Positions 35,644-48,151 of a DNA stretch of 64,000 nucleotides are shown here, in pieces. How positions within the stretch are numbered: the first letter of the stretch is position 1; the number at the start of each line of letters is the position of its first letter. Both the position numbers and the translations under genes were made by a program. The stretch lies in assembly GCA_963792415.1 (NCBI GenBank), contig CAWBVY010000004.1:160001-224000 (forward strand), in the 5' to 3' direction. The stretch is from Candidatus Deferrimicrobiaceae bacterium (GTDB lineage Bacteria; Desulfobacterota; Deferrimicrobia; Deferrimicrobiales; Deferrimicrobiaceae). The notes under the pieces are model-generated. The model ran no database searches. It had not been told where the DNA came from and saw only the letters and a list, made by a program, of their open reading frames with translations.

Positions 35644-36186
35644 TCATTTCCCGGCGTTTTTCGGGATCGGCGGAATGAAGGGTTCCCCGGGGCGCCAGCC
35701 GACGGGGGTCAACTCCCCGGTTTTGAGCGCGGACAGGAGCCGCAGAATCTCGTCGACGCTCCTTCCCACGGTCAGGTCCTGCACGCCGTACGCCCGGACG
35801 AGCCCGTCCGGATCGATGAGGAACGTCCCCCGAAGCGCGGCCCCGAGCCTCTCCAGCAGGACCCCGTACTCCCTCGAGACCTGCTTGGTGAAATCGGCGA
35901 GCAGGGGGAAGCGCAACTCCCCCAGCTCCTGGTTGACCCAGGCCAGGTGGGAAAACTTGCTGTCCGTGCTGATCCCAAGGATCTGCGCGCCTGCCGAGGC
36001 GAATTCGTTCTCCCGCCGGGAGAACTCAAGGATCTCCGAGTTTCATATGGGGGTGAAGTCGAACGGGTAGAAGAACAGGACGACCCACTTCCTTTTGTAG
36101 TCCGACAGTCTGATCTCCCGGAACTGCTTCCCCACGACTCCGGACAGCTCGAACGTCGGCGCCGGGCCATTCACCTGGACCGCCAT
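35644..36186 (-). CDS. AhpC/Prx1-type peroxiredoxin selenoprotein (Sec at TGA 36045..36043), no cysteine
   Basis: [22 protein letters not shown] (family motif FYPxDFTFVCPTE) is in frame with [29 protein letters not shown] and [10 protein letters not shown]. Confidence 0.9.
36007..36025 (-). promoter_or_regulatory. SECIS-like hairpin for the AhpC UGA
   Basis: GTTCTCCC-GGC-GGGAGAAC, perfect 8-bp stem, 17 nt after the UGA. Confidence 0.78.
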
Positions 36187-36254
36187 GTGCGTCCCCCTTT
36201 CATGGAACTCGTGTCCACGATCCGATGAAACCGGCATTCATCCGCTGGCACGGA

Positions 36255-37373
36255 TCACCGGGTCGATGCGATCTTCAGCATCTTTTCGTTGGCCTTGAGG
36301 CCATGGCCCGTGAGCGGAGCCACCATGACTCCGCCCCGGAGCGCGGGAACCTTCAGATACGCCGCTACCGGAAGGGCGGATGTCGGCTCCACGTAAAGCC
36401 CCTTGCGGCCCAGCAGGAGCAGCGCGTTCTCGACCTCCGCATCGTCCACGGCGACCACCTGGCCTCCGGTCCGCCGGACGATGTCGACGATCTCCTTTCC
36501 CCGCACCGGAGCGGCGATCGCCACACCCTCGGCGATCGTCTCGCGGCTCTCCACCGGGGGGACGGCGTCGAGGCCGTCCCGGAACATCCGCAGGAGTGGG
36601 GCGCAATTCGCCGCCTGCACGGCGATGTGCCTCGGGATGCGGTCGATCCGACCCGCTTCCTTCAAGTCGCGGAACCCGAGGAAGGAACCGATCAGCAGCG
36701 TCCCGTTCCCGACCGGAAGCAGGATCGCGTCCGGGGCCCGGAACCCCATCTGCTCCCACACCTCGTAGGCGAAGGTCTTCGTCCCCTGGAAGAAAAAGGG
36801 GTTCCAGGAGTGGCTGGCGTAGTAGGTCGTTTCCGCGGCCGCCAGGGCGGCTTTCGCGGTTTCCTCCCGACTTCCCGGGATCCGTTGCAGCGTCGCACCG
36901 TAGAAAAGGATCTGGGCCAGCTTCCCCGGGGAGGTGCTTTCGGGCACGAGAATCTCGCAACGGATCCCCGCCTTCGCCGCGTAGGCGGCGATCGCGCAAC
37001 CGGCGTTCCCCGAGGAGTCTTCCACGACACGCTCGACGCCCAGTTCCTTCGCCTTGCTCACCAGCACGGCGGCCCCGCGGTCCTTGTACGACCCCGTCGT
37101 GAAGAGCTGTTCGAGCTTCAGGTGCAGCACTCCCGGCCCCAACTCGACGGGGAGGATCGGCGTCATCCCCTCATCGAACGACACGACCGCCGCATCCTCC
37201 CCGATGGGCAAAGCCTCCCGGTACCGCCACATCGTCGGCTTCCGCCGGGCGATCTTTTCCGGGTCGAGCCGGGCCTCGAAGCGGACGTCGAGGAGGCCGC
37301 CGCAGCCGCACCTCCACCTCGGGTCGTTCATCGGATACGCAGTAGCGCACGACTGGCATACAAGCCCGGTCAA
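36255..37373 (-). CDS. Threonine synthase-like PLP enzyme
   Basis: N-terminal zinc ribbon, TGSYKDRG PLP lysine, DSSGNAG, GTKTFAYE, PVGNG and VEPTSA motifs. Confidence 0.85.
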   Translation of the reverse strand: MTGLVCQSCATAYPMNDPRWRCGCGGLLDVRFEARLDPEKIARRKPTMWRYREALPIGEDAAVVSFDEGMTPILPVELGPGVLHLKLEQLFTTGSYKDRGAAVLVSKAKELGVERVVEDSSGNAGCAIAAYAAKAGIRCEILVPESTSPGKLAQILFYGATLQRIPGSREETAKAALAAAETTYYASHSWNPFFFQGTKTFAYEVWEQMGFRAPDAILLPVGNGTLLIGSFLGFRDLKEAGRIDRIPRHIAVQAANCAPLLRMFRDGLDAVPPVESRETIAEGVAIAAPVRGKEIVDIVRRTGGQVVAVDDAEVENALLLLGRKGLYVEPTSALPVAAYLKVPALRGGVMVAPLTGHGLKANEKMLKIASTR

Positions 37374-37478
37374 GGGGTTCCCCTCCTTCCCGTCAGCCAG
37401 ATCTCCCGGAACGATTTCCCCACGACTCCAGGCATTCCGCTGGAGGCCACGTGCGTCCCCCCTTTCACGTCATGGAAT

Positions 37479-37817
37479 TCACGGGAGCGGCGAGGTGAAT
37501 TCGACATCGATACTTATCCCGCAAAATGGACAGAATTTCACAGCCTTCGACATGGTCAGTATGCTAGTACGCATGAACGGCACCTTGTACATTACGATAT
37601 ACCCGATGACGGCTCTGCAGTTGGGGCAGTACATGAAAAAATACGCGTAGAACAACGCAAAAATAACGATCGCAAATCCAATGATAAATACGATCGATGC
37701 CATCTTCACATCGGTTACAACGTTGATTGCTATCCCGGAAATGGAAATCAAGATTCCTGACAGTATGACGATCATGATCTTCCGTAGTTTTTCATTGATC
37801 ATTTGCCTTATGGTCAT
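37479..37817 (-). CDS. Low-GC hypothetical membrane protein (2 TM helices, CPNC and CPFC motifs)
   Basis: AT-rich segment; two hydrophobic helices followed by two CxxC motifs; start uncertain (37835 possible). Confidence 0.6.
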   Translation of the reverse strand: MTIRQMINEKLRKIMIVILSGILISISGIAINVVTDVKMASIVFIIGFAIVIFALFYAYFFMYCPNCRAVIGYIVMYKVPFMRTSILTMSKAVKFCPFCGISIDVEFTSPLP

Positions 37818-38108
37818 GACCTGTGTCCCTTTCAACGCAAATGCGTACCTGGTTCCTCGCCCATCGAGTATGGCATAAAAATTATGACTCTAAACGGCAG
37901 CCATTCCCCCAGGCCGGATGACTCCATGGAGCAGGAGGAGGAGGATCTCCGGGGTATCTATCCACAGGCACCACTCCTGCGTTCTTCCCTGTGGCAAACT
38001 CCGCGTTGCATTTATCAAAAATAATCTATAATCCGGTAACATCCGCAAGCACAACGCTCCGGACGCGGAGATATACGGCCCATACCCCCTGACCGTGAGG
38101 AGGGTTCG

Positions 38109-39404
38109 ATGAGAAGGCTGGCCTGGGTGTTCGTCGCGATGCTGTTCGCGGGCTGCGGTGGCGGAGGCGGTGGTGGCGGCGGTGGCGGCGGTCATACCCC
38201 GGAGATCTCGAACCTCCAGTTTTCTCCGACATCCGCCATGGTGAACGATGGGGGGGGAACCGTCAACATCTCGGGGAGTTTCGATTTCACCGACAGCGGA
38301 GGCGATCTCGCCCGGATGGTTCTCACCACGTACGACGATAATCATAACCAGGTCGAATCAATTACCATTCCTGTCTCTTCTCCGGGAGTTACCGCGGGGA
38401 CGCTATTCGGAACCGTAATAATTGACACATCCGCACCCGGGGTCTTCACGTTTACCGTTCTTCTTTACGATTCTGCCGGCAATGCATCCAATTCCCTCGG
38501 GGGAACATTCTCCGTTACTCCCGACCCCTGGCAACCCCGGAGCAACCCCCTGTCGCCGGGAACCCAGATCACATCCGTGGCGTACGGCGGGGGACTCTTC
38601 CTCGCCGGGGCGGACGACAACAGCATCCTGGGATCGGCCGACGGGGCTACATGGTTCATCGCAAACTCCGGGATCGGGAAAATGATCCGGAGAATCAGTT
38701 ACGGAAATGGGCATTTCGTGGCGATCGCCGAGGACCAGGTTAACGACTTCCTCATCGCATCGGCGGACAACGGAGCCACCTGGACGACAGCTTCGCTGAC
38801 CCTCGGAAGGAATACCTGGCGGGACGTCTCTTTTGGAAACGGGATCTTCTTCGTGACACAGGACTACTCGGACTCTCTGTATGCCTCCCTGGACAACGGG
38901 GCTACGTGGACCCGCGTGTCGTCGGGACTGACCAGTCTCGGCATGAATGCGCCCGCGTACGGAAACGGGAAATTCGTTGCGGCGGCCGATGGAGGAGACC
39001 TGTTGGTTTCCGGCGACGGAATCGACTGGTCCCTCGGCACCCCTTACGGCGGTACTTCCCGCCCTGTGATCGCTTTCGACAACGGGGTGTTCGCGATCGT
39101 CCCGCTGCTTCTCGAGGATATCTACGTTTCGCACGACGGTGCCATCACATGGCAAAACCGGTTCACGATCCCCACTTACTGGCGGATGTGGGACCTCGCC
39201 GCGGGTGACGGCATGTTCGTCGGCGTGGGGAGGATCGACTCGCAACAGGGTGGCGCTCTCTGCGCATCCTACGGAGGGGACGCGTGGGTGACGCGTACGC
39301 TCGGAAACAGCGATTTGTGGGGGATCGCTTACGGGAACGGGACGTTCGTGGCCGTTGGAGACAACGCGACGATCTACCAGTCCGCCCCGGGGTGGAAACC
39401 GTAG
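38109..39404 (+). CDS. Lipoprotein with poly-Gly linker, Ig-like domain and Asp-box/BNR beta-propeller
   Basis: Lipobox LFAG-C followed by a Gly run; repeated S.DG.TW and YGNG.FVA units. Confidence 0.8.
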   Translation: MRRLAWVFVAMLFAGCGGGGGGGGGGGGHTPEISNLQFSPTSAMVNDGGGTVNISGSFDFTDSGGDLARMVLTTYDDNHNQVESITIPVSSPGVTAGTLFGTVIIDTSAPGVFTFTVLLYDSAGNASNSLGGTFSVTPDPWQPRSNPLSPGTQITSVAYGGGLFLAGADDNSILGSADGATWFIANSGIGKMIRRISYGNGHFVAIAEDQVNDFLIASADNGATWTTASLTLGRNTWRDVSFGNGIFFVTQDYSDSLYASLDNGATWTRVSSGLTSLGMNAPAYGNGKFVAAADGGDLLVSGDGIDWSLGTPYGGTSRPVIAFDNGVFAIVPLLLEDIYVSHDGAITWQNRFTIPTYWRMWDLAAGDGMFVGVGRIDSQQGGALCASYGGDAWVTRTLGNSDLWGIAYGNGTFVAVGDNATIYQSAPGWKP

Positions 39405-39429
39405 AGGGCAGCGGGAAGGGAACGCCCGC

Positions 39430-41259
39430 CTACTCCACCGTCACCGACTTGGCGAGGTTCCGCGGCTGGTCGACGTCGGTCCCTTTCAGAACCGCCATGT
39501 GGTACGCGAGCAACTGGAGCGGCACCACCTCGAGAATCGGCCGTGCGAATCGTCCGCAGGAGGGAAGGCAGATCACGTCGTCCGACTTCCCTTTCAGGAT
39601 GTCGTCCCCCTCGGTCCCCACGGCGATCACCTGCCCGCCGCGGGCGTGCGCCTCTTCCAGGTTGGAGAGCGTCTTTTCATAGCTCTCTCCCTTCGCGCAC
39701 AGCACCAGGACCGGCATCTGCTCGTCGATCAGCGCGATCGGGCCGTGCTTCATCTCCCCGGCGGGATACCCTTCCGCGTGGATGTAGGAGATCTCCTTCA
39801 GCTTCAGCGCCCCTTCGAGGGCGATGGGATAGGAGACGCCGCGGCCCAGGTACAGGAAGTCGCGCGCGTCCTTGTACTTCCTCGCGATGTCGGCGACCTC
39901 CGGTTCGCGCTTCAGGAACTCCTCGATCTTGCGCGGCAGCTCGGTCAGTTCGATGAGGTGCAGGGACATCGCGCTCCGGGAGAGGAGCCTCCGCGCCCGC
40001 GCCAGGTGGATCCCCATGAGGTAGAGCGCCACCAGCTGGGTGGTGAACGCCTTCGTGGAGGCAACGCCGATCTCCGGGCCGGCGTGGGTGTAGATCACGC
40101 CGTCCGACTCCCGTGCGATGGTGGACGCGACGACGTTGCAGATCGAGACCGTTGTCGCCCCCTTCGCCTTCGCTTCCCGCATCCCCGCGAGGGTGTCCGC
40201 CGTCTCGCCGGACTGGGAGATGGCGACGCACAGGGTCCCCTCCTCCACGACCGGATCCCGGTACCGGTACTCCGACCCGAGGTCCACCTCTACGGGAATC
40301 CGTGCCAGCCCCTCGATCATGAACTTGCCGACGAGGGCCGCATGCCAGGAAGTGCCGCAGGCGATGAGGGTCACCTTCTTCAGGGAAGCGAGCTGTTCCA
40401 CCGGAAGCGGCAACGTTTCGAAGAAGACCTCGCCCGACTCCGGCCGCATCCGCCCCGCGAGGGTGTCGAGGATCGCGCGCGGCTGCTCGTGGATCTCCTT
40501 CAGCATGAAGTGGCGGTAGCCGCCTTTCTCCGCCATCGAGGAGGACCAGTCGATCCGCTGCGAAGGGTGTTCCCGCCGCTTGCCCCAGAAGTCGGTGATC
40601 CGCACCCCCGTTGGTGTTGCGATCACCATCTCCCCGTCCTCGAGGAAGATCACGTCCCGCGTGCGGGATAAGAACGCCGTCAGGTCGGAGGCGAGGAAGA
40701 ACTCCCCCTCTCCCAGCCCTACGACCAGCGGGCAGTTCAGTCGCGCGCCCACCACCGTCCCCGGCTCCCGGTCGGTCACCGCGAGGAAGGCGTACGACCC
40801 GCGAAGCTCCGCGACGGTCCTGCGCGCCGCCTCCTCGAGCGGCATCCCCGCCGACACATGTTCGTCCAGAAGATGGGCGATCACCTCGGAGTCCGTCTGG
40901 GAACAGAAGGTGCGCCCCCTTGCGATCATCTTCTCCTTGAGCGTCCGGTGATTCTCAACGATCCCGTTGTGGATGACGGCGACGCCCCCCGCCAGGTGCG
41001 GGTGCGCGTTCTCGTCGGAGGGGCGTCCGTGGGTGGCCCACCGCGTGTGCCCGACCCCGCACGTCCCGGAAACCGGCTCCTTCTCGATCCGCTCCGTCAG
41101 GCGTGCGATCTTCCCCTGGGACTTGCGGATGACGATCGTGCCGCCGGCCTGGACCGCGACGCCCGCCGAATCGTACCCGCGGTACTCCAGTCGCCGCAGG
41201 CCGTCCACAAGGATCTCCACGCAGGAACTGGAACCGGTGTAGCCGACGATTCCGCACAT
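39430..41259 (-). CDS. glmS: Glutamine-fructose-6-phosphate aminotransferase
   Basis: MCGIVG, LEYRGYDSAG, GHTRWATHG and PRNLAKSVTVE motifs. Confidence 0.98.
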   Translation of the reverse strand: MCGIVGYTGSSSCVEILVDGLRRLEYRGYDSAGVAVQAGGTIVIRKSQGKIARLTERIEKEPVSGTCGVGHTRWATHGRPSDENAHPHLAGGVAVIHNGIVENHRTLKEKMIARGRTFCSQTDSEVIAHLLDEHVSAGMPLEEAARRTVAELRGSYAFLAVTDREPGTVVGARLNCPLVVGLGEGEFFLASDLTAFLSRTRDVIFLEDGEMVIATPTGVRITDFWGKRREHPSQRIDWSSSMAEKGGYRHFMLKEIHEQPRAILDTLAGRMRPESGEVFFETLPLPVEQLASLKKVTLIACGTSWHAALVGKFMIEGLARIPVEVDLGSEYRYRDPVVEEGTLCVAISQSGETADTLAGMREAKAKGATTVSICNVVASTIARESDGVIYTHAGPEIGVASTKAFTTQLVALYLMGIHLARARRLLSRSAMSLHLIELTELPRKIEEFLKREPEVADIARKYKDARDFLYLGRGVSYPIALEGALKLKEISYIHAEGYPAGEMKHGPIALIDEQMPVLVLCAKGESYEKTLSNLEEAHARGGQVIAVGTEGDDILKGKSDDVICLPSCGRFARPILEVVPLQLLAYHMAVLKGTDVDQPRNLAKSVTVE

Positions 41260-41260
41260 G

Positions 41261-42688
41261 TCACTTCTTCCCCTTCTTCGACGCGGGGACGGAAAGCCCC
41301 GCCTTCTTGAGAAGCTCCGGCATCTTGCGGGCGACCCACCCCTCGATCACCTTCTGTTCGGCGCGGCACAGGGCCAACGCGTACGCGGGGACGTTCTTCG
41401 TGATCGTCGACCCGGCGCCGATCAGGGCCCCCTTGCCCACCGTGACGGGCGCGACCAGCATCGTGTCGCTTCCGACGAAGACCCCGTCCCCGAGCACCGT
41501 GGGGTGCTTGTGGATCCCGTCGTAGTTGCAGGTGATCGTCCCCGCGCCCACGTTGACCTTCTTCCCGATCGTGGCATCCCCGAGATAGGACAGGTGGTTC
41601 GCCTTGGACCCCTTGCCGATCCGGCTCTTCTTCACCTCGACGAAGTTCCCGATGTGCGCTCCCTCGCCGATGTCGGCCTCCGGCCGCAAGTGCGAGAACG
41701 GGCCAAGAATGGCCCCTTTTCTCACCGTGGATCTGGAGATCACCGTATACGGCTTCAACTCCACCCCGTCCGAGAGAACGCTGTCGTCCACCACGCACCC
41801 GGCCTGGATCCGCACTCCCCGGCCGACCCGCGTCGCGCCGAGCAGGGCCACCCCCGGATCGATGACCGTGTCCTGCCCCACGGACACCTCCGTCTCAACG
41901 TACGTCCGCCGCGGGTCCACCAGGGTGACGCCGGACGCCATCAGGTCGCCGAGCTTCCTCTCCTGGAGGATTCGCGTCGCCTCGGCCAGCTCCTGGCGGG
42001 AGTTGATCCCCCGCACTTCGTCCGCCTCGGCCGCCGCCACCCGGACGACGCGCTTCCCCTGGGCCAGCGCCTCGAAGACGAGGTCCGTCAGGTAATACTC
42101 CCGCTGGGCGTTCACGTCGGAGAGTCGCGGCAATCCCCGCTCGAGGAAGACCCGGTCGAAGGCGTACGTCCCCGAGTTGACCTCACGAAGCTTCCGGAGG
42201 GCGGGTTTGGCGTCCTTCTCCTCAACGATCCTGGCGACCGATCCGTCTTTGCCGCGAACGATCCGGCCGTAACCGGTCGGGTCGTCGAGAACGCCCGTCA
42301 GCACCGATGCCGGGGCGCCCTGCCGGCGCCGGGCCGCAAGGAGCCCGCGGATCGTCGCGGGCCGGAGGAGCGGGGCGTCCCCGCAAAGCACCACGACTTC
42401 CTTCGCCCCCGCGGAAAGTTCGGCCAGGCCGCACCGGGCCGCGTCCCCCGTCCCGAACTGGGTTTCCTGGATCGCCACCTTCCCGCCGAACGCCCCCACG
42501 ACCGGGAGGACCTTGTCCCGGCCGTACCCGAGGACGAAGACCATCTCGCGGATCCCGGCGGCGCGCGCCGCCTGCGCGACGTGCCACACCACCGGTTTCC
42601 CGAGGATGAGGTGGGCCACTTTGGGGAGGGAGGACTTCATCCGTCTGCCTTGCCCCGCGGCCAGGATGATCGCCGAAATTCCTTTCAT
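41261..42688 (-). CDS. glmU: Bifunctional UDP-GlcNAc pyrophosphorylase/acetyltransferase
   Basis: ILAAGQGRRMKS.LPKV, GYGRI, GNFVEVK, HLSYLGD and TCNYDG motifs. Confidence 0.97.
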   Translation of the reverse strand: MKGISAIILAAGQGRRMKSSLPKVAHLILGKPVVWHVAQAARAAGIREMVFVLGYGRDKVLPVVGAFGGKVAIQETQFGTGDAARCGLAELSAGAKEVVVLCGDAPLLRPATIRGLLAARRRQGAPASVLTGVLDDPTGYGRIVRGKDGSVARIVEEKDAKPALRKLREVNSGTYAFDRVFLERGLPRLSDVNAQREYYLTDLVFEALAQGKRVVRVAAAEADEVRGINSRQELAEATRILQERKLGDLMASGVTLVDPRRTYVETEVSVGQDTVIDPGVALLGATRVGRGVRIQAGCVVDDSVLSDGVELKPYTVISRSTVRKGAILGPFSHLRPEADIGEGAHIGNFVEVKKSRIGKGSKANHLSYLGDATIGKKVNVGAGTITCNYDGIHKHPTVLGDGVFVGSDTMLVAPVTVGKGALIGAGSTITKNVPAYALALCRAEQKVIEGWVARKMPELLKKAGLSVPASKKGKK

Positions 42689-42784
42689 GAACGCCCCCTA
42701 CTCTCCGATGCTACAATTTAACGCGAAAACGGCCGATAATGCTTCAGTCTACAAGGTTTCATTCCTGGGGGAAAGGGAACGCCC

Positions 42785-43318
42785 ATGGCGGAAAACCCGA
42801 AGGAGATGCTGGACCGTCTGGACGCGAACCTCGCCGCGCTCAAGCACGAGTACGACCTCTTCTTCAACGGGAAGCGGCGCGGCGAACCGACGAAGGAACG
42901 CAAGGAGCTGGAGACGAAGCTTCAGGTCGAGAGCCGCCGGACGATCGTCGGCAACGCGGACAAACTGCGGTTCAACAACCTGTCCGGCCGGTATTGGGCA
43001 CTCGCCAATCTCTGGACGCGGATGGTGCGTGACCTCGAGGAAGGACGGATGCACCGCGATGCCGGGGGGAGAACCCGGCGGACGTCGGGGGAACGGAAGG
43101 ACCCGGTGGAACGGGAGCACGTCGACCGGGCGGCGGAAGCGTTGCTGGAAGCCCGGCGTTCGTGCGGCCTTGGCGGCGATCCGTCGGACATCCCGTTGCT
43201 TCGGAATACGCTCCACGCGCGGGCGCTCGAGATCTCGGCGGCCGGCGGAGGAAAGAAGGTGGAGTTCGTCGTGAGCATCGAGGGGGGGAAACCGAAGGTG
43301 AAGGCGGTGCTGCGCTAG
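42785..43318 (+). CDS. Hypothetical protein (resembles the MXAN_5187 C-terminal domain)
   Basis: LKHEYDLFFNG.RR.EP, LRFNNL..RY and C-terminal VEFVVSIEGGKPKVKA; family assignment from memory. Confidence 0.65.
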   Translation: MAENPKEMLDRLDANLAALKHEYDLFFNGKRRGEPTKERKELETKLQVESRRTIVGNADKLRFNNLSGRYWALANLWTRMVRDLEEGRMHRDAGGRTRRTSGERKDPVEREHVDRAAEALLEARRSCGLGGDPSDIPLLRNTLHARALEISAAGGGKKVEFVVSIEGGKPKVKAVLR

Positions 43319-43324
43319 CAGCGA

Positions 43325-43732
43325 CTACTCGCCGCCGCCCGCCGCCATCCGCACAATTGCGCGCTGCAGCGCCGCAAGGGCCTTTGCGTGCGTGTCGTCG
43401 TCCATCGTCAGCTCTTTCAGGCGGCCCTCCGCACGTTCCCTGGCGCGCCGCGCGCGCTCCAGGTCGATCTCGTCGGAACGCTCCGCCGTGTCGGCCATCA
43501 CCACGATCCGTTCGTGAGTCACCTCGGCGAACCCGCCGCCCAGCGCGATCTTCTTCACCGCGCCTTCCTTCCGATACCACAGGATCCCGATGTTCAGGAT
43601 CGCCAGGAACTGGGTGTGGCCCGGGAGCACCCCGAACTCGCCCTCGTAGCCGGGGGCGACGACCTCGTCGACCTCCTCCGAGAGGAGGAGGCGTTCGGGG
43701 GTGACCAGTTCCAGCCGGATCGTCGATGCCAT
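43325..43732 (-). CDS. atpC: ATP synthase F1 epsilon subunit
   Basis: LELVTPER, GEFGVLPGH and GGFAEV motifs. Confidence 0.96.
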   Translation of the reverse strand: MASTIRLELVTPERLLLSEEVDEVVAPGYEGEFGVLPGHTQFLAILNIGILWYRKEGAVKKIALGGGFAEVTHERIVVMADTAERSDEIDLERARRARERAEGRLKELTMDDDTHAKALAALQRAIVRMAAGGGE

Positions 43733-43747
43733 AGCAAAGCTCTCCCG

Positions 43748-45193
<1,446 letters not shown>

Positions 45194-45213
45194 TTACACC
45201 GGACCCCTGGCGC

Positions 45214-46083
45214 CTACCCTTTCAACGCCTCGGCGCCGCTGACGATCTCGGTGAGCTCCGTGGTGATCGTCGCCTGCCGCGCGCGGTTCATCTGCAGCGT
45301 GAGCCGGGCGATCATGTCGACCGCGTTGTTCGTCGCCGAATCCATCGCCGTCATCCGGGCGCCGTGCTCCCCCGCCACCGATTCGAGGAGGACGCGCAGG
45401 AGCATCGTCTGCACGTACTTCGGGAGCAGCGTTGCCAGGATCTCCTCCCGGGACGGCTCGTACAGGTAGTCGACCTCGTCCCCGGCGGTCTTTTCCGAAG
45501 ACTCCAGCGCGATGGGGAACATCTTCTCGAACCGGACGACCTGGGAGATCGCGGACCGGAATTCGTTGAAGGCGATCTGCACCTCGTCGAACTCCCCGTC
45601 GAGGAACCCCCCGACCAGGTCGCCCGCGATCGTCTCCGCGTGCTGGCGCGAAACGGACCCGAGGACCCCGAGGTACTCCTTGCGGATCGGGATCTCGCGG
45701 CGCCGGAAGAAGTCGCGCCCCTTCCGGCCGACCACGAACAGGGTGATCTCCTCAAATTCGTCGCGGTGCTCGTTGATGTACCGGTGCACCGCGCGGGTGA
45801 GCCCCGAGTTGAAGCTTCCGCACAGCCCGCGGTCGGAGGTGACCACCAGCAGGGCGAGCTTTTTCGCCTCCCGCGCCGTCAGCAGGGGGTGCGCGTCGGC
45901 CCCCGCGCGGCCGGCGACCGCCGTGACGACCTCGCGCATCTTGCGGGCGTAAGGCCGCGCGGCGTTGATCGCGTCCTGGGCGCGACGCAGCTTCGCTGCC
46001 GAGACCATCTTCATCGCCCGGGTGATCTGCTGCGTGCTTTTTACGCTGCTGACCCGCTTCCGGATCGCGCGGAGGTTCGCCAT
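45214..46083 (-). CDS. atpG: ATP synthase F1 gamma subunit
   Basis: ITRAMKMVSAAK, SDRGLCG, ARMTAM and RQATITTEL motifs. Confidence 0.97.
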   Translation of the reverse strand: MANLRAIRKRVSSVKSTQQITRAMKMVSAAKLRRAQDAINAARPYARKMREVVTAVAGRAGADAHPLLTAREAKKLALLVVTSDRGLCGSFNSGLTRAVHRYINEHRDEFEEITLFVVGRKGRDFFRRREIPIRKEYLGVLGSVSRQHAETIAGDLVGGFLDGEFDEVQIAFNEFRSAISQVVRFEKMFPIALESSEKTAGDEVDYLYEPSREEILATLLPKYVQTMLLRVLLESVAGEHGARMTAMDSATNNAVDMIARLTLQMNRARQATITTELTEIVSGAEALKG

Positions 46084-46086
46084 GGG

Positions 46087-47598
<1,512 letters not shown>

Positions 47599-47608
47599 GG
47601 CGACTGCC

Positions 47609-48151
47609 TCACCCCTTTTGTAAATTTTCCCGGATCTGCCGGATCTGCGTGCGCACGCTGCCGTCGTACACGGTCGAACCCACCCGGACGACGAGCCCCC
47701 CGAGCACCGCGGGATCCACGGTCTCTTCCAGAGCAACCTTCTTCCCCGTCCGGCGCTCCAGCATCTCCTTCAACATCTCCTTCTGCGGGGGAGACATCGG
47801 CATGGGGACCGAAACCTCGACCCGCTCGATCCCCTCGAGCTCCTCCACCATGCGCCGCAATTCGCCGAGGATCGGAAGGAGGACGTTCATCCGCCCCTTG
47901 TCGACCAGAAGGGAAAGGAACGATTTCGTCGAAGGGAGGAACCCCCCCCTGGAGAGGACCTGGTCGAGGGCGCTTTGCTTGTCCCGGCGGTTGATGTGCC
48001 CGGCCTCGAGCACCTCGCGCAACCCGGGGCTCAAGTCGAGAAGACCTGCGAACTCCTCGACCTCCGAGAGCACCTGGCGGAGCTGCCGGTCCTCCTGGCC
48101 GATGTCCCGGAGCGCGCGGGCGTACCGCCTTGCGAGGCTTCCGCCGATCAA
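47609..48151 (-). CDS. atpH: ATP synthase F1 delta subunit
   Basis: ARRYARAL and [22 protein letters not shown]; TTG start overlaps the atpF stop. Confidence 0.93.
   Translation of the reverse strand: MIGGSLARRYARALRDIGQEDRQLRQVLSEVEEFAGLLDLSPGLREVLEAGHINRRDKQSALDQVLSRGGFLPSTKSFLSLLVDKGRMNVLLPILGELRRMVEELEGIERVEVSVPMPMSPPQKEMLKEMLERRTGKKVALEETVDPAVLGGLVVRVGSTVYDGSVRTQIRQIRENLQKG

Noticed and set aside
21214-36045. Genome-wide UGA reassignment (Trp or Gly) or pseudogenisation as the explanation for the internal UGAs
   Set aside because: Many core genes here end in TGA with ATGA/TTGA/GTGA overlaps (mtnA, pncB, zwf, atpF, rpmH), so UGA is a normal stop. The internal ones fall at redox-Cys positions and are followed by hairpins.
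38150-38195. GGC/GGT and CCG-type runs (also 49470..49505) as possible arrays or contingency loci
   Set aside because: They are in-frame poly-Gly and poly-Pro linkers after lipoboxes. No CRISPR array, tRNA or rRNA gene was seen anywhere in the window.
39405-39430. Tn7 insertion at attTn7
   Set aside because: No TGT...ACA transposon end, target duplication or tns gene is visible.
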